From positions 2,816,001 to 2,880,000 of the forward strand of contig OY782041.1 of NCBI GenBank assembly GCA_963677595.1: a stretch of 64,000 nt of DNA. Direction: 5' to 3'. Within the stretch, counting starts at the first letter, position 1. Every line of letters starts with the position of its first letter. The position numbers were made by a program, and so were the translations under genes. Origin of the DNA: Spirochaetia bacterium. GTDB lineage: Bacteria > Spirochaetota > Spirochaetia > CAKZLE01. Below, piece after piece: positions 1 to 8,976 of this stretch. The notes below the pieces were generated by a model. The model did not search any database. It saw only the letters and a list, made by a program, of their open reading frames with translations, and was not told where the DNA came from.

Positions 1-2
1 CA

Positions 3-2168
3 CCGGGATGGACGAGTTATGACCATCGCCTGCTCTACCAGAGCTGCGTCGTCACCGGGTACCTGCACAAAGGCCGTAATGCAGTCGGTGCCCATCTCGG
101 GGCCGGCTGGTACAAGGGTGATATAAGCTTCACCCATGTGCGGAACTACTACGGGGACCATGCCTCCCTGTCGTTCCGCCTCGTTGTAGCATATACCGAT
201 GGAACGTCTGAGACCTTCTACAGCGACGAGAGCTGGACTGCTTCTGACAGCCCCGTCCTGCAGGCCGAGATATACGACGGCGAGGCCTACGATGCCCGGC
301 TGGAGCAGCCCGGGTGGGACCGGGCCGGGTTCGATGATTCTCTCTGGCGTACCGCTCGCCCGGTGCCCTGCACCTCCCGGCTCATCGAGCCGCAGCAGGG
401 GACGGCGGTCCGCCTCATTGAGACGGTCTCCCCGAAGCTGGCATTCTACACACCGAAGGGTGAGCGGGTGATCGACTTCGGGCAGAATATGTCGGCCCTG
501 CCGGAGATCTCCGGCCAGGGACAGGCCGGCGATACCATCGTGCTCACCTGCTTCGAGGTGCTCGATGCGGAGGGCAATGTCTACACCGACAACCTGCGGG
601 AAGCGAAGCAGCGGATCGTCTATATAGTGAAGGATGACAAGCCCTTCACCTACCGTCCCCATTTCACCTTCTTCGGGTTCCGTTTCCTCCATGTGGAATC
701 CTTCTGCGGACGTGCGGACCTCGATAACTTCACCGCGCGGGTGATTCACTCAGACATGGAGCCAACCGGCTCCTTCGAGTGCTCGAACCCTGAGATCAAC
801 CAGCTGCAGCACAACATCCTCTGGGGCCTCAAGAGCAACTTCGTCGACGTCCCCACCGACTGTCCCCAGCGGGACGAGCGGCTCGGGTGGACCGGGGATG
901 CCCAGATCTTCTGCAGGACAGCCTGCTTCAACGTGAACACCTACGGGTTCTTCACCACATGGCTGCGGGACCTTGCCCTTGACCAGGCTGCAGCCGGAGG
1001 GGTGCCCCACGTCGTTCCAGACCTCTTCAACAAGTACCCCTTCGAGAACTGGCTGCTCAACCAGGGGACCCACTCCGCTGCCGCCTGGGCAGATGCTGCC
1101 GTCATCATCCCCTGGAACCTCTACCTGTCCTTCGGGGACACGGCTGTGCTCGAACGGCAGTATGGGAGCATGAAGGAGTGGGTCGACTTCATGCACACGC
1201 ATGCGGTGGGGAATATATGGAACTACAAGCTCCAGTTCGGCGACTGGGTAGCCCTCGATGCCGAGGAGGGCAGTTACTTCGGTGCGACCCCGAACGACCT
1301 TACCTGCACCGCCTACTATGCCTATACCACCGGCCTCTTCTCGAAGGCCGCGAGAGTCCTGGGGAAGGAAGAGGTCGCGGATGAGTATGGGAGGCTCCAT
1401 GGTGAGATCGTCCGCGCCTTCAGGGAGACCTTCTTCGATGGTGAGGGGAAGCTGACTGCACAGACACAGACCGCCCATATCCTGGCGCTCCATTTCGATC
1501 TTGTCCCCGAGGCGTACAGATCGCAGACAGTCTCCGGCCTGAAGCGGCTGCTGGCCGAGCAGGATGGACACCTGGTCACCGGGTTCGTCGGTACCCCCTA
1601 TTTCTGCCATGCTCTGAGCGCTAACGGCTGCCTGAAAGAGGCCTATGAGCTGCTGCTCAAGGATGATTTCCCTTCCTGGCTCTACCAGGTCCGCAAGGGG
1701 GCGACGACCATCTGGGAACATTGGGACGGGATCCGTCCTGACGGCTCCATGTGGAGTCCGGGGATGAACTCCTTCAACCATTATGCCTACGGTGCCGTCG
1801 GGGAGTGGCTCTACCGGGTCGTCGCCGGGATCGAGATCGATGAGCAGGCCCCGGGCTATGCGAGGAGCATCATCGCCCCGAGGATCGGCGGTGACCTGTC
1901 ATACGTGAAGGCGTCCTATACCTCGAGCTACGGGGCTGTGGAGGTCATCTGGGAGGTGGCGCGGGATGCTGCCCATCCCGAGCTGAAGCATGTCCTGCTC
2001 CATGTATCCATACCGGTGAACACGGCTGCGGCGATCAGGCTCACCGACAATGCGGTACTGACTGACGGGGACGGCCTGGGATTCAGTCAGCAGGGTGAGT
2101 ACCTGGAGGCAGAGGCCGGATCGGGACGGTATACCATCGGGTTCGACCTGGCTGATCAGGCACGCTGA
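3..2168 (+). CDS. Alpha-L-rhamnosidase (GH78), 5'-truncated by the window edge
   Basis: Frame open from position 3 (PGWTSYDHRLLYQ); motifs PTDCPQRDERLGWTGD, GATTIWEHW and MNSFNHYAYG. Confidence 0.93.
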   Translation, partial: PGWTSYDHRLLYQSCVVTGYLHKGRNAVGAHLGAGWYKGDISFTHVRNYYGDHASLSFRLVVAYTDGTSETFYSDESWTASDSPVLQAEIYDGEAYDARLEQPGWDRAGFDDSLWRTARPVPCTSRLIEPQQGTAVRLIETVSPKLAFYTPKGERVIDFGQNMSALPEISGQGQAGDTIVLTCFEVLDAEGNVYTDNLREAKQRIVYIVKDDKPFTYRPHFTFFGFRFLHVESFCGRADLDNFTARVIHSDMEPTGSFECSNPEINQLQHNILWGLKSNFVDVPTDCPQRDERLGWTGDAQIFCRTACFNVNTYGFFTTWLRDLALDQAAAGGVPHVVPDLFNKYPFENWLLNQGTHSAAAWADAAVIIPWNLYLSFGDTAVLERQYGSMKEWVDFMHTHAVGNIWNYKLQFGDWVALDAEEGSYFGATPNDLTCTAYYAYTTGLFSKAARVLGKEEVADEYGRLHGEIVRAFRETFFDGEGKLTAQTQTAHILALHFDLVPEAYRSQTVSGLKRLLAEQDGHLVTGFVGTPYFCHALSANGCLKEAYELLLKDDFPSWLYQVRKGATTIWEHWDGIRPDGSMWSPGMNSFNHYAYGAVGEWLYRVVAGIEIDEQAPGYARSIIAPRIGGDLSYVKASYTSSYGAVEVIWEVARDAAHPELKHVLLHVSIPVNTAAAIRLTDNAVLTDGDGLGFSQQGEYLEAEAGSGRYTIGFDLADQAR

Positions 2169-2169
2169 T

Positions 2170-2202
2170 TCAGCTGTCGATCTTGATCCCAAGGAAGGAT
2201 AG
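2170..2202 (-). repeat. Displaced copy of the last 11 codons of the pentapeptide gene (direct repeat of 4191-4223)
   Basis: tcagctgtcgatcttgatcccAaggaaggaTag vs tcagctgtcgatcttgatcccGaggaaggaGag, 31/33 identical; both read LSFLGIKIDS* on the minus strand. Confidence 0.92.
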
Positions 2203-2213
2203 AGTAATTCATC

Positions 2214-2269
2214 TTGAATTTGTGAGATTTATAACTTATAATTGTTTTATGCAATAAACTTGCATAAAA
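2214..2269 (+). promoter_or_regulatory. Sigma70-like promoter plus 10-bp inverted repeat
   Basis: TTGAAT(2214)-17-TATAAT(2237); TTTTATGCAA-N5-TTGCATAAAA (2245-2269). Confidence 0.65.
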
Positions 2270-2290
2270 AGCTTGTAAGGTTGGTAGAAT

Positions 2291-3544
2291 ATGCTGCTGG
2301 AGTTCTCTGTTGGTAATTTCCGCTCTTTTAAGGAACGGGTGACATTCTCTGCTCTGGCTGATACGAAGATCAGGTCATTCACTGAGAATATACACATGGT
2401 AGGGAATCTTTCGGTATTGAGGGCGAATATCGTGTATGGTCCGAATGCCGGGGGTAAATCGAATTTTGCGCAAGCGTATTACAGCATGCTGCGGTTATTG
2501 CGCAGTTCATTCCAGGATGAGAACTCGCTCAGCCTCAGATATGATCCTTTTTCACTTGATGGCGCCATGAAGGGCAGGCCCACATATTTTGAGCTGCGGT
2601 TCCTGGTACAGGCTAAGGAAGATGCGATCTATCGGTTAGGGTTCGAGTATACTGCCGAAAAAGTCGTGCGTGAGTGGATGTACCGGAAAGCACTCAGCCC
2701 GAAAAGCAGGGAGAACCTCATCTATTCTCGTGATGGGCAAACTGTCCAGGCGGGTAACAGCATGCCTGACAAGGCCGTGATTCTCACCATCGAGAAGCAG
2801 AACCTGCTGCGGGAGAATACGCTGCTGTTCACCCTGCTTGATTCCTTGAACAACTCCATGGTCGCTGAGGTCCAGACTGAGTTCTTCCAGAAGAACATCG
2901 CTGCCAGTGCACTCTATCTTCATAAGAATGCCATGATCGATGAATCTGTCTTCGAAGATGAGACGTTGAAGGACGCGTATCTCTATCTTCTCCGGAAGGC
3001 AGATACCGGGATCGAGGATTTCAAACTTGACGATACGCCGCTGATGTCCAAGAAACGTAATATCCTGACGGCCCATACCGTGAGGAGGGGGAAAGAGCAG
3101 GAGCTCGAGTATTTTACGATGGCCACCATGGAATCTCAGGGAACGAAGAAGATCTTCATGCTGATAGGAGTAGTACTGACAGCCTTGAGGGACGGCGGCG
3201 TGGTGGTCATAGATGAATTGGATACTCAGCTCCATCCGTTGTTGACACGGCTCTTGTTCAATCTGTTCAATGACGCGACGATGAACCTGAAGCATGCACA
3301 GTTAGTTGCTATGACGCATGAACATTCATTGCTGAATCATCCTTCGATCAGGAAGGACCAGGTCTGGTTCATACAGAAGAATTCAGGTATGGAGAGCGAG
3401 CTCTTCTCTCTTGCAGATTTTAAGGATGAGCGGTCAGTCCATTCTTTTGGTAAGCGATATATGAGTGGGCAGTACGGTGCAATTCCTGACGTAGGAGACC
3501 TGGCATTCCTTACTGAGCACCTGTTTGGTGAAAGCCAGGTATAG
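2291..3544 (+). CDS. AAA_21/ABC-type ATPase (AbiLi/RloA-like)
   Basis: MLLEFSVGNFRSF start, Walker A GPNAGGKS, ESQGT signature, Walker B VIDELDTQLHP, C-terminal YMSGQYGAIP. Confidence 0.88.
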   Translation: MLLEFSVGNFRSFKERVTFSALADTKIRSFTENIHMVGNLSVLRANIVYGPNAGGKSNFAQAYYSMLRLLRSSFQDENSLSLRYDPFSLDGAMKGRPTYFELRFLVQAKEDAIYRLGFEYTAEKVVREWMYRKALSPKSRENLIYSRDGQTVQAGNSMPDKAVILTIEKQNLLRENTLLFTLLDSLNNSMVAEVQTEFFQKNIAASALYLHKNAMIDESVFEDETLKDAYLYLLRKADTGIEDFKLDDTPLMSKKRNILTAHTVRRGKEQELEYFTMATMESQGTKKIFMLIGVVLTALRDGGVVVIDELDTQLHPLLTRLLFNLFNDATMNLKHAQLVAMTHEHSLLNHPSIRKDQVWFIQKNSGMESELFSLADFKDERSVHSFGKRYMSGQYGAIPDVGDLAFLTEHLFGESQV

Positions 3545-4154
3545 AGTTGCCGGAAAGCCCCGGTTCAGGCAAAGGAAGATCCTTATTCTCTGTCAGGGGA
3601 AAACTGAAGAAGTGTACCTGTCATCTTTTCCCGGGGTGCGAAACGGCAGCGAGTGGTCAGTGTCTATCAATATTGAATCTCTGGCTCTCGATCCGCTGCA
3701 GCTGGTACAGCGTGCGGTGGCGCTGCGGGATCGTGAAAAAACCAGAGGTACAGGTTTCAACCAAGTCTGGTGTGTCTTTGATAAAGATGATTTCAAAAAG
3801 AACTTCCGCGAGGGGGTCCAGCTGGCGGATGCAGAGAATATCCACCATGCATTCAGTATTGAATCCTTTGAGTTGTGGCTCCTGCTGCATTTTCAGGCAG
3901 TTTCGGTTGACAGCCCTCTTGATCGGAATGATTACATCACTGAACTGGATTTTGGGAATCGATTGCCGGGATACTGCAAGCAGGAGGAGTGGTTGCAGCA
4001 GCATGTGACATGCAGGAGTCTGGGTAAGGTTCGGCGGGATCAAGCGCTGAGGAATTCTAAGAACCTGGAAGATAGGGCGAGGAAAAGAGGATCGGTCTAC
4101 AAGAAGCAGAATTGCACCATCCATAAGATAGTTGAGTTTCTGCTTCAGCTTTAG
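3525..4154 (+). CDS. RloB-family TOPRIM-like protein (AbiLii-like)
   Basis: ILILCQGKTEEVY, WCVFDKD and SFELWLLLHF motifs; overlaps the ATPase stop. Confidence 0.88.
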   Translation: MVKARYRVAGKPRFRQRKILILCQGKTEEVYLSSFPGVRNGSEWSVSINIESLALDPLQLVQRAVALRDREKTRGTGFNQVWCVFDKDDFKKNFREGVQLADAENIHHAFSIESFELWLLLHFQAVSVDSPLDRNDYITELDFGNRLPGYCKQEEWLQQHVTCRSLGKVRRDQALRNSKNLEDRARKRGSVYKKQNCTIHKIVEFLLQL

Positions 4155-4190
4155 ACAAAGGAAATAGAGAATAGGGCATGTTGCCTTGAG

Positions 4191-4814
4191 TCAGCTGTCG
4201 ATCTTGATCCCGAGGAAGGAGAGGAAAGACTGTGCCTCGGGCAGGGTGAAGACGGCATTCTTCAGTGCGTTGGACTCGGGGTCTATCAGGTAGCCCTCAG
4301 CAGTCCTGAAGTCGGCTTTCTGCAGGTCGCAGTGGCTGAAGGTGACATCCCTGAACCTTGTCTTCGAGAAGTCCGCCTCCCGGAAGTCAACATACCGGAA
4401 TTCAGAGCCTGAGAGGGTGCACTTCTGGATCGATGCCTTGCGCATCTTCCTGTTGGCGATGCAGACATTGTCGAGGATGCAGTCGGAGAAGGTGAGGGCG
4501 AAGAGGAACTCGTTGCAGTAGGTGAAGTCGACCCCGGCGAGCTTGCATCCGGAGAAGTGGACATCGTGCAGGGCGGTGTTGTCGAACTTCGTCAGGACGA
4601 AGGAGGACTCCTCGAAGATGCAGTCGGAGAAGTGGGTGCTCGCGAGCGTCATCCCGTCGAACGAGCAGGAGCGGAAGACGCACTCCTCGAACGAGCGGTC
4701 GGTGAGGTCCTCTACGGTGAAGTCTACCCCCTCATAGTGAATGAGCTCCTGGTAGTCCTGTATCTCAAGGGGTGATTCCCGGTCTATGGTCTGTATGCAG
4801 TTCACTGGTTTCAT
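4191..4814 (-). CDS. Pentapeptide repeat protein
   Basis: 5-residue periodic F/L-x-x-C/A repeats; ATG 4814 lies 10 nt after TATACT (ORF track start 4877). Confidence 0.88.
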   Translation of the reverse strand: MKPVNCIQTIDRESPLEIQDYQELIHYEGVDFTVEDLTDRSFEECVFRSCSFDGMTLASTHFSDCIFEESSFVLTKFDNTALHDVHFSGCKLAGVDFTYCNEFLFALTFSDCILDNVCIANRKMRKASIQKCTLSGSEFRYVDFREADFSKTRFRDVTFSHCDLQKADFRTAEGYLIDPESNALKNAVFTLPEAQSFLSFLGIKIDS

Positions 4815-4953
4815 GACGGAGCACAGTATAATCCATAAGCCCGGCTGTGGGAAGGAGCAGCTACCCTGCTGTGTCATACTGTTGACCCGATGTAACAGGA
4901 GCGAGCAGTCTCGGTATAGGTGAACGTATTTTCACCCGTTATGCCTGTTTTTG

Positions 4954-4967
4954 TGCATAATTATTCC
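4954..4967. promoter_or_regulatory. Palindromic operator candidate, copy 1 (TGCATAATTATTCC)
   Basis: 12/14 match to TGCATAATTATGCA; just upstream of TTGACT at 4975. Confidence 0.5.
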
Positions 4968-5040
4968 TGATTACTTGACTGTATTCTCATCTTCTATGAT
5001 ATAGTCATAGAAACTGCTGATACAAGAACACAAGGGGAGT

Positions 5041-5526
5041 ATGGCTTCAGAAGTCGTTGAGAACCAGACAAAGAGATCTCAGAGCAAGGACTCATTCCGC
5101 ATGACGCTGCCGAGGAAACTGATCCTCCAGTGCCTCCGGGAAGCCGAGAACTACCTCACTGCTGATGACATCTTCGTTGCCCTCTACCCCGAATACCCGG
5201 GAATAGGCCTGGCGACCATCTACCGGACCCTCAACCTGCTTGAGGAGTATGAGATGATCAACAAGGTCAATCTCGGGGACGGGAAGGCCCGTTTCGCCCT
5301 TACCGAGGAGGAGGAGGCAGCCCGCAACTACCACCAGCTGATCTGCAAGCGTTGTTTCAAGGTGATCAAGATCGATGAGTTCTCAGAATCGGAGATCGAC
5401 TGCTTCTCCTCCGTCGAGCAGCAGTATGCTGAGCAGTTCAATTTCACCATCGAGAGTCATATCGTCCAGTACTACGGGGTCTGCGAGGAGTGCGCTGCCA
5501 AGGCGCTCCAAGAGGATGAGGAATAG
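5041..5526 (+). CDS. Fur-family transcriptional regulator with a degenerate regulatory metal site
   Basis: IGLATIYRTL helix; CKRC and CEEC Zn motifs; YHQLIC in place of HHHLIC. Confidence 0.88.
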   Translation: MASEVVENQTKRSQSKDSFRMTLPRKLILQCLREAENYLTADDIFVALYPEYPGIGLATIYRTLNLLEEYEMINKVNLGDGKARFALTEEEEAARNYHQLICKRCFKVIKIDEFSESEIDCFSSVEQQYAEQFNFTIESHIVQYYGVCEECAAKALQEDEE

Positions 5527-5597
5527 CTGACCCCCTGCTAAAGATTACAAAAATAGTAAACTTTATCCTGAAAGTGTGACAGTCTGGTTAATTCTGA

Positions 5598-5626
5598 TTG
5601 AATAATTATGCAGGAATCTGTATAAC
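5598..5626 (+). promoter_or_regulatory. liv promoter with overlapping palindrome, copy 2 (TGAATAATTATGCA, 5599-5612)
   Basis: TTGAAT-17-TATAAC; the palindrome covers the -35. Confidence 0.55.
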
Positions 5627-5718
5627 TAAATATGGCATGTAGAGGAAAAATCCATTATTCGGCAGGGTTGATCCTCTTCAAGCATCATAGAACGATACTA
5701 AACAATGGAGGGTTTATC

Positions 5719-6951
5719 GTGAAAAAAAGTCTAGCTTTCTTATTGATTCTGATCCTGGCTGCAGGTTCCCTGTTTGTCTCATGTCAGAAGGAAGAGGCTG
5801 CTGAAGCAACTGCTGCTCCAAAAGCCGAGGCCACCGCTGCCGCCCCGGCTGTGGTGAAAGCTCCTACAGCAAAAGTAGGGTTCATCGGACCGATGACCGG
5901 CGACTATGCCAACTATGGTACCCTGATGTCCCAGGCTGTCCGTCTCGCTGCTGAAGAGAGGAACGCAAAGAATGGTGCTGACGGGATCCAATATGATATT
6001 ATCGTAGAGGATTCTGAAGGAACTGTCGAGAAGGGCCAGGCTGCCATCGAGAAGCTCGCATCAGTAGACAAGGTGAACGGGATCATCGGAACCGTGTTCT
6101 CCGGTGTCGGGATCGCGATCGCACCCCGTGCGAACGCTGAGAAGATCGTCATGATCTCACCGTCCGGGACCCATGCAGACCTCACCGGCCTTGGTGAGTA
6201 TATCTTCAGGACCGTACCTTCCGATGCACTCCAGGCAGATGTTGCCGGTGCCTATATCGCGAATGTCATGGGCATCAAGAAGATGGCTGTCCTCTATGTG
6301 AAGAACGACTACAGCCAGGGACTCTATGAGTCCGTAGCTAAGGTGTTCGAGGCTAACGGCGGAGAGATCGTCGCTGTCGAGACTGCACTGCAAGGAGACA
6401 AGGACTTCAAGACCCAGCTGACCAAGATCAAGGCAACCGCTCCTGAGGCGATCTACATCCCCAACTATGTTGCAGAGATGGCTCAGATCCTCGAGCAGGC
6501 TGCCAACCTCGGTATCAACGCCCAGTTCATCAGTGCTGACGGATTCACCAACCCCGAGATCTTCGACCTCGCAGGAGACTTTACCAACGGCGTCATCTAT
6601 ACCGGACCGGTAGAGATCGCGGCTACCAGTGGAAGCGCTTCTTTCGTGAGCGACTATACCGCTAAATGGGGCGTGGAGCCGGACTCCTTCTCAAAGAACG
6701 CATATGATGGTGCGAACATCATCTTCGATGCTATTGAGAAAGCTTACGAGGCAAGCGGGGAGATCGATCCTGCAGCTGTACGTGATGCAGTCGCAGCGAC
6801 CCAGGACTATGCAGGCGTGTCAGGTGACATCAGCTTCGCATCCAATGGTGACCTCATCGCTGTCCAGGGTATCTTCGAGGTACAGAACCAGAAACCTGTA
6901 CAGATCGGCGTCTACTCAGTGGACGGTGGGAAACTCGTAGAGATCAAATAG
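5719..6951 (+). CDS. livK: Branched-chain amino acid ABC substrate-binding lipoprotein
   Basis: GGAGG RBS and GTG at 5719; lipobox-like FVSC; KVGFIGPMTG, DFKTQLTKIK and AYDGA motifs. Confidence 0.88.
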   Translation: MKKSLAFLLILILAAGSLFVSCQKEEAAEATAAPKAEATAAAPAVVKAPTAKVGFIGPMTGDYANYGTLMSQAVRLAAEERNAKNGADGIQYDIIVEDSEGTVEKGQAAIEKLASVDKVNGIIGTVFSGVGIAIAPRANAEKIVMISPSGTHADLTGLGEYIFRTVPSDALQADVAGAYIANVMGIKKMAVLYVKNDYSQGLYESVAKVFEANGGEIVAVETALQGDKDFKTQLTKIKATAPEAIYIPNYVAEMAQILEQAANLGINAQFISADGFTNPEIFDLAGDFTNGVIYTGPVEIAATSGSASFVSDYTAKWGVEPDSFSKNAYDGANIIFDAIEKAYEASGEIDPAAVRDAVAATQDYAGVSGDISFASNGDLIAVQGIFEVQNQKPVQIGVYSVDGGKLVEIK

Positions 6952-6978
6952 TCTTTCGGGACTGAGAGAAACGTATCG

Positions 6979-7054
6979 GAAGCCCTGGGTATACCGGGGC
7001 TTCTGCCATACTGTTATCCGTAGAGACGGTACAGGTCCCTGTGCCGTCTCTACG
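6979..7054 (+). terminator. Two strong hairpins between livK and livH (partial terminator or mRNA stabiliser)
   Basis: gaagccctgg..ccggggcttc (6979-7003); cgtagagacggtacagg..cctgtgccgtctctacg (7019-7054). Confidence 0.6.
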
Positions 7055-7127
7055 CATAATTGTGCAGGTGTAAGAAAATAATTCGTTCGGGCAGCAGGAC
7101 CATCCTGTTGCGGATAAGGAGGATGTT

Positions 7128-8048
7128 TTGGGTTCAATCTCAGAAGTTCTGCAGCATTTCCTCAACGGGCTGACGCTCGGGGGCATCTATGCGCTGATTG
7201 CTCTCGGGTATACCATGGTCTACGGTATTCTCAAGTTCATCAACTTCGCGCATGGAGAGATCCTCATGGTCGGCGCCTATGTCGGGATGTTCGCGTTCGA
7301 TTTCCTGCGGGGCGACATGCCCTACGGCCCCCTGATGATGGTGGTCTTCTTCATAGCGATGATCATCGCCATGTTCATCAGCGCGCTGCTGGGGATGACG
7401 ATCGAGAAGATCGCCTACAAGCCGCTGCGTAAGGCGACACGGCTCGCCCCGCTGCTGAGCGCGATCGGTGTCTCGTTCATCCTGAGCAACCTGGCAGCCT
7501 TCATCTGGGGTACGAAGTCACGGAAGTTCTCCTATCCCTTCGACAACACATCGTTCGATGTCGGCGGGGTGGCGATCACGCCGCACCAGATCCTGGTGGT
7601 CATCGTGTCGTTCGTGCTCATGATCGCGCTGAAGCTCTATGTCGACAAGACCCGAATGGGCAAGGCGATGAGGGCGACCTCCCTTGACCAGGATGTCGCG
7701 GCCCTCATGGGGATCGACGTCAACCGGGTCATCTCGCTGACTTTTGCCATCGGCTCGGGCCTCGCAGCCACTGCGGGGATCCTCGTGGCCCTCGACTTCA
7801 AGGTCTACCCGACCATGGGAGCCATGGCAGGGCTGAAGGCCTTCGTCGCGGCGGTCGTGGGCGGCATCGGGAACATCACCGGCGCCATGATCGGGGGGAT
7901 CCTGCTCGGGCTCCTCGAGACGTTCGGCGTCGTGGCACTCGGCATCCCGCAGGGACTCAAGGACACGATCGCCTTCGGCATCCTCATCGTCATCCTGCTG
8001 GTAAAGCCGGAAGGTCTGCTCGGAAAGGCAGAAAGGGAGAAGGTGTAG
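7128..8048 (+). CDS. livH: BCAA ABC permease
   Basis: NGLTLGGIYALIALGYTMVYGILKFINFAHGE. Confidence 0.93.
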   Translation: MGSISEVLQHFLNGLTLGGIYALIALGYTMVYGILKFINFAHGEILMVGAYVGMFAFDFLRGDMPYGPLMMVVFFIAMIIAMFISALLGMTIEKIAYKPLRKATRLAPLLSAIGVSFILSNLAAFIWGTKSRKFSYPFDNTSFDVGGVAITPHQILVVIVSFVLMIALKLYVDKTRMGKAMRATSLDQDVAALMGIDVNRVISLTFAIGSGLAATAGILVALDFKVYPTMGAMAGLKAFVAAVVGGIGNITGAMIGGILLGLLETFGVVALGIPQGLKDTIAFGILIVILLVKPEGLLGKAEREKV

Positions 8049-8049
8049 T

Positions 8050-8976
8050 ATGTTCAATTTTCTCTTACTGATCCTGATCTATACAGGTCTCTATGCCCTG
8101 CTCTCGCTGGGGCAGAACATCATAACGGGATTCACCGGGCTGCTCTCCTTGTGTGCAGCAGGGTTCTTCGCCATCGGCTCCTACGTCACGGCGATCCTCA
8201 CGGTGAACTTCGGCTGGAACTTCTGGCTGACCATCCCGCTCGCCGGTCTCCTCGCCGCATTCTCCGGGGTCCTCATCGGGCTCCCGACCCTGCGGCTGAA
8301 GGGGGACTACCTGGCGATCGCGACCCTCGGGTTCGGGGAGATCATCAGGAACGTCATCCTCAACTGGGACGCCCTCACACGGGGCCCGATGGGGATCAAC
8401 GGCATCCCGATGCCCTCGATCTTCGGGCTGGTCATCAACCCCTACCGGAAGTACGGCTTCCTCGTCTTAGTCTGGGCCTTCGTCATCATCTTCTACTTCC
8501 TGCTCAAGCGGCTGACCCGCTCAAGGATGGGTCGTGCACTCGAAGCGATCCGCGAGGATGAGATCGCGGCCTATGCCATGGGGATCAACACGACGAAGTA
8601 CAAGGTCTGGGCCTTCATGGTCGGGGCCTTCGTCTCAGGCTGTGCAGGTTCCCTGCAGGCTGCCTTCACCCTGTCGGTGACACCGAACACCTATACCTTC
8701 ATGGTATCGGTCATGGTGCTCTGCATGGTCGTCCTCGGCGGCATGGGGAACCATCTTGCCGTCATCTTCGGGGCACTGATCATCCAGCTCGCTGCCGAGT
8801 TCCCGAGGCTCCTCGGGATATCGAGCACCGTGCCGCCGCAGTTCAAGCAGATCGTCTTCGGTCTGATCCTCGTCATCATGATGATCTATCGGCCGCAGGG
8901 ACTCATCGGGCGAAAGAAGGTGAACTATGACAGCAATGCCCCTGACGATACGTCCGGCAAGAGTGAGGTGAAGTAG
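8050..8976 (+). CDS. livM: BCAA ABC permease
   Basis: LRLKGDYLAIATLGFGEI and AIREDEIAA. Confidence 0.93.
   Translation: MFNFLLLILIYTGLYALLSLGQNIITGFTGLLSLCAAGFFAIGSYVTAILTVNFGWNFWLTIPLAGLLAAFSGVLIGLPTLRLKGDYLAIATLGFGEIIRNVILNWDALTRGPMGINGIPMPSIFGLVINPYRKYGFLVLVWAFVIIFYFLLKRLTRSRMGRALEAIREDEIAAYAMGINTTKYKVWAFMVGAFVSGCAGSLQAAFTLSVTPNTYTFMVSVMVLCMVVLGGMGNHLAVIFGALIIQLAAEFPRLLGISSTVPPQFKQIVFGLILVIMMIYRPQGLIGRKKVNYDSNAPDDTSGKSEVK

Larger units (their letters stand above)
2170..4223. mobile_element. Integrase-less low-GC defence cassette bounded by gene-tail direct repeats
   Basis: Flanking 33-bp repeats, abrupt AT shift, own promoter and two cargo genes. Confidence 0.7.
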
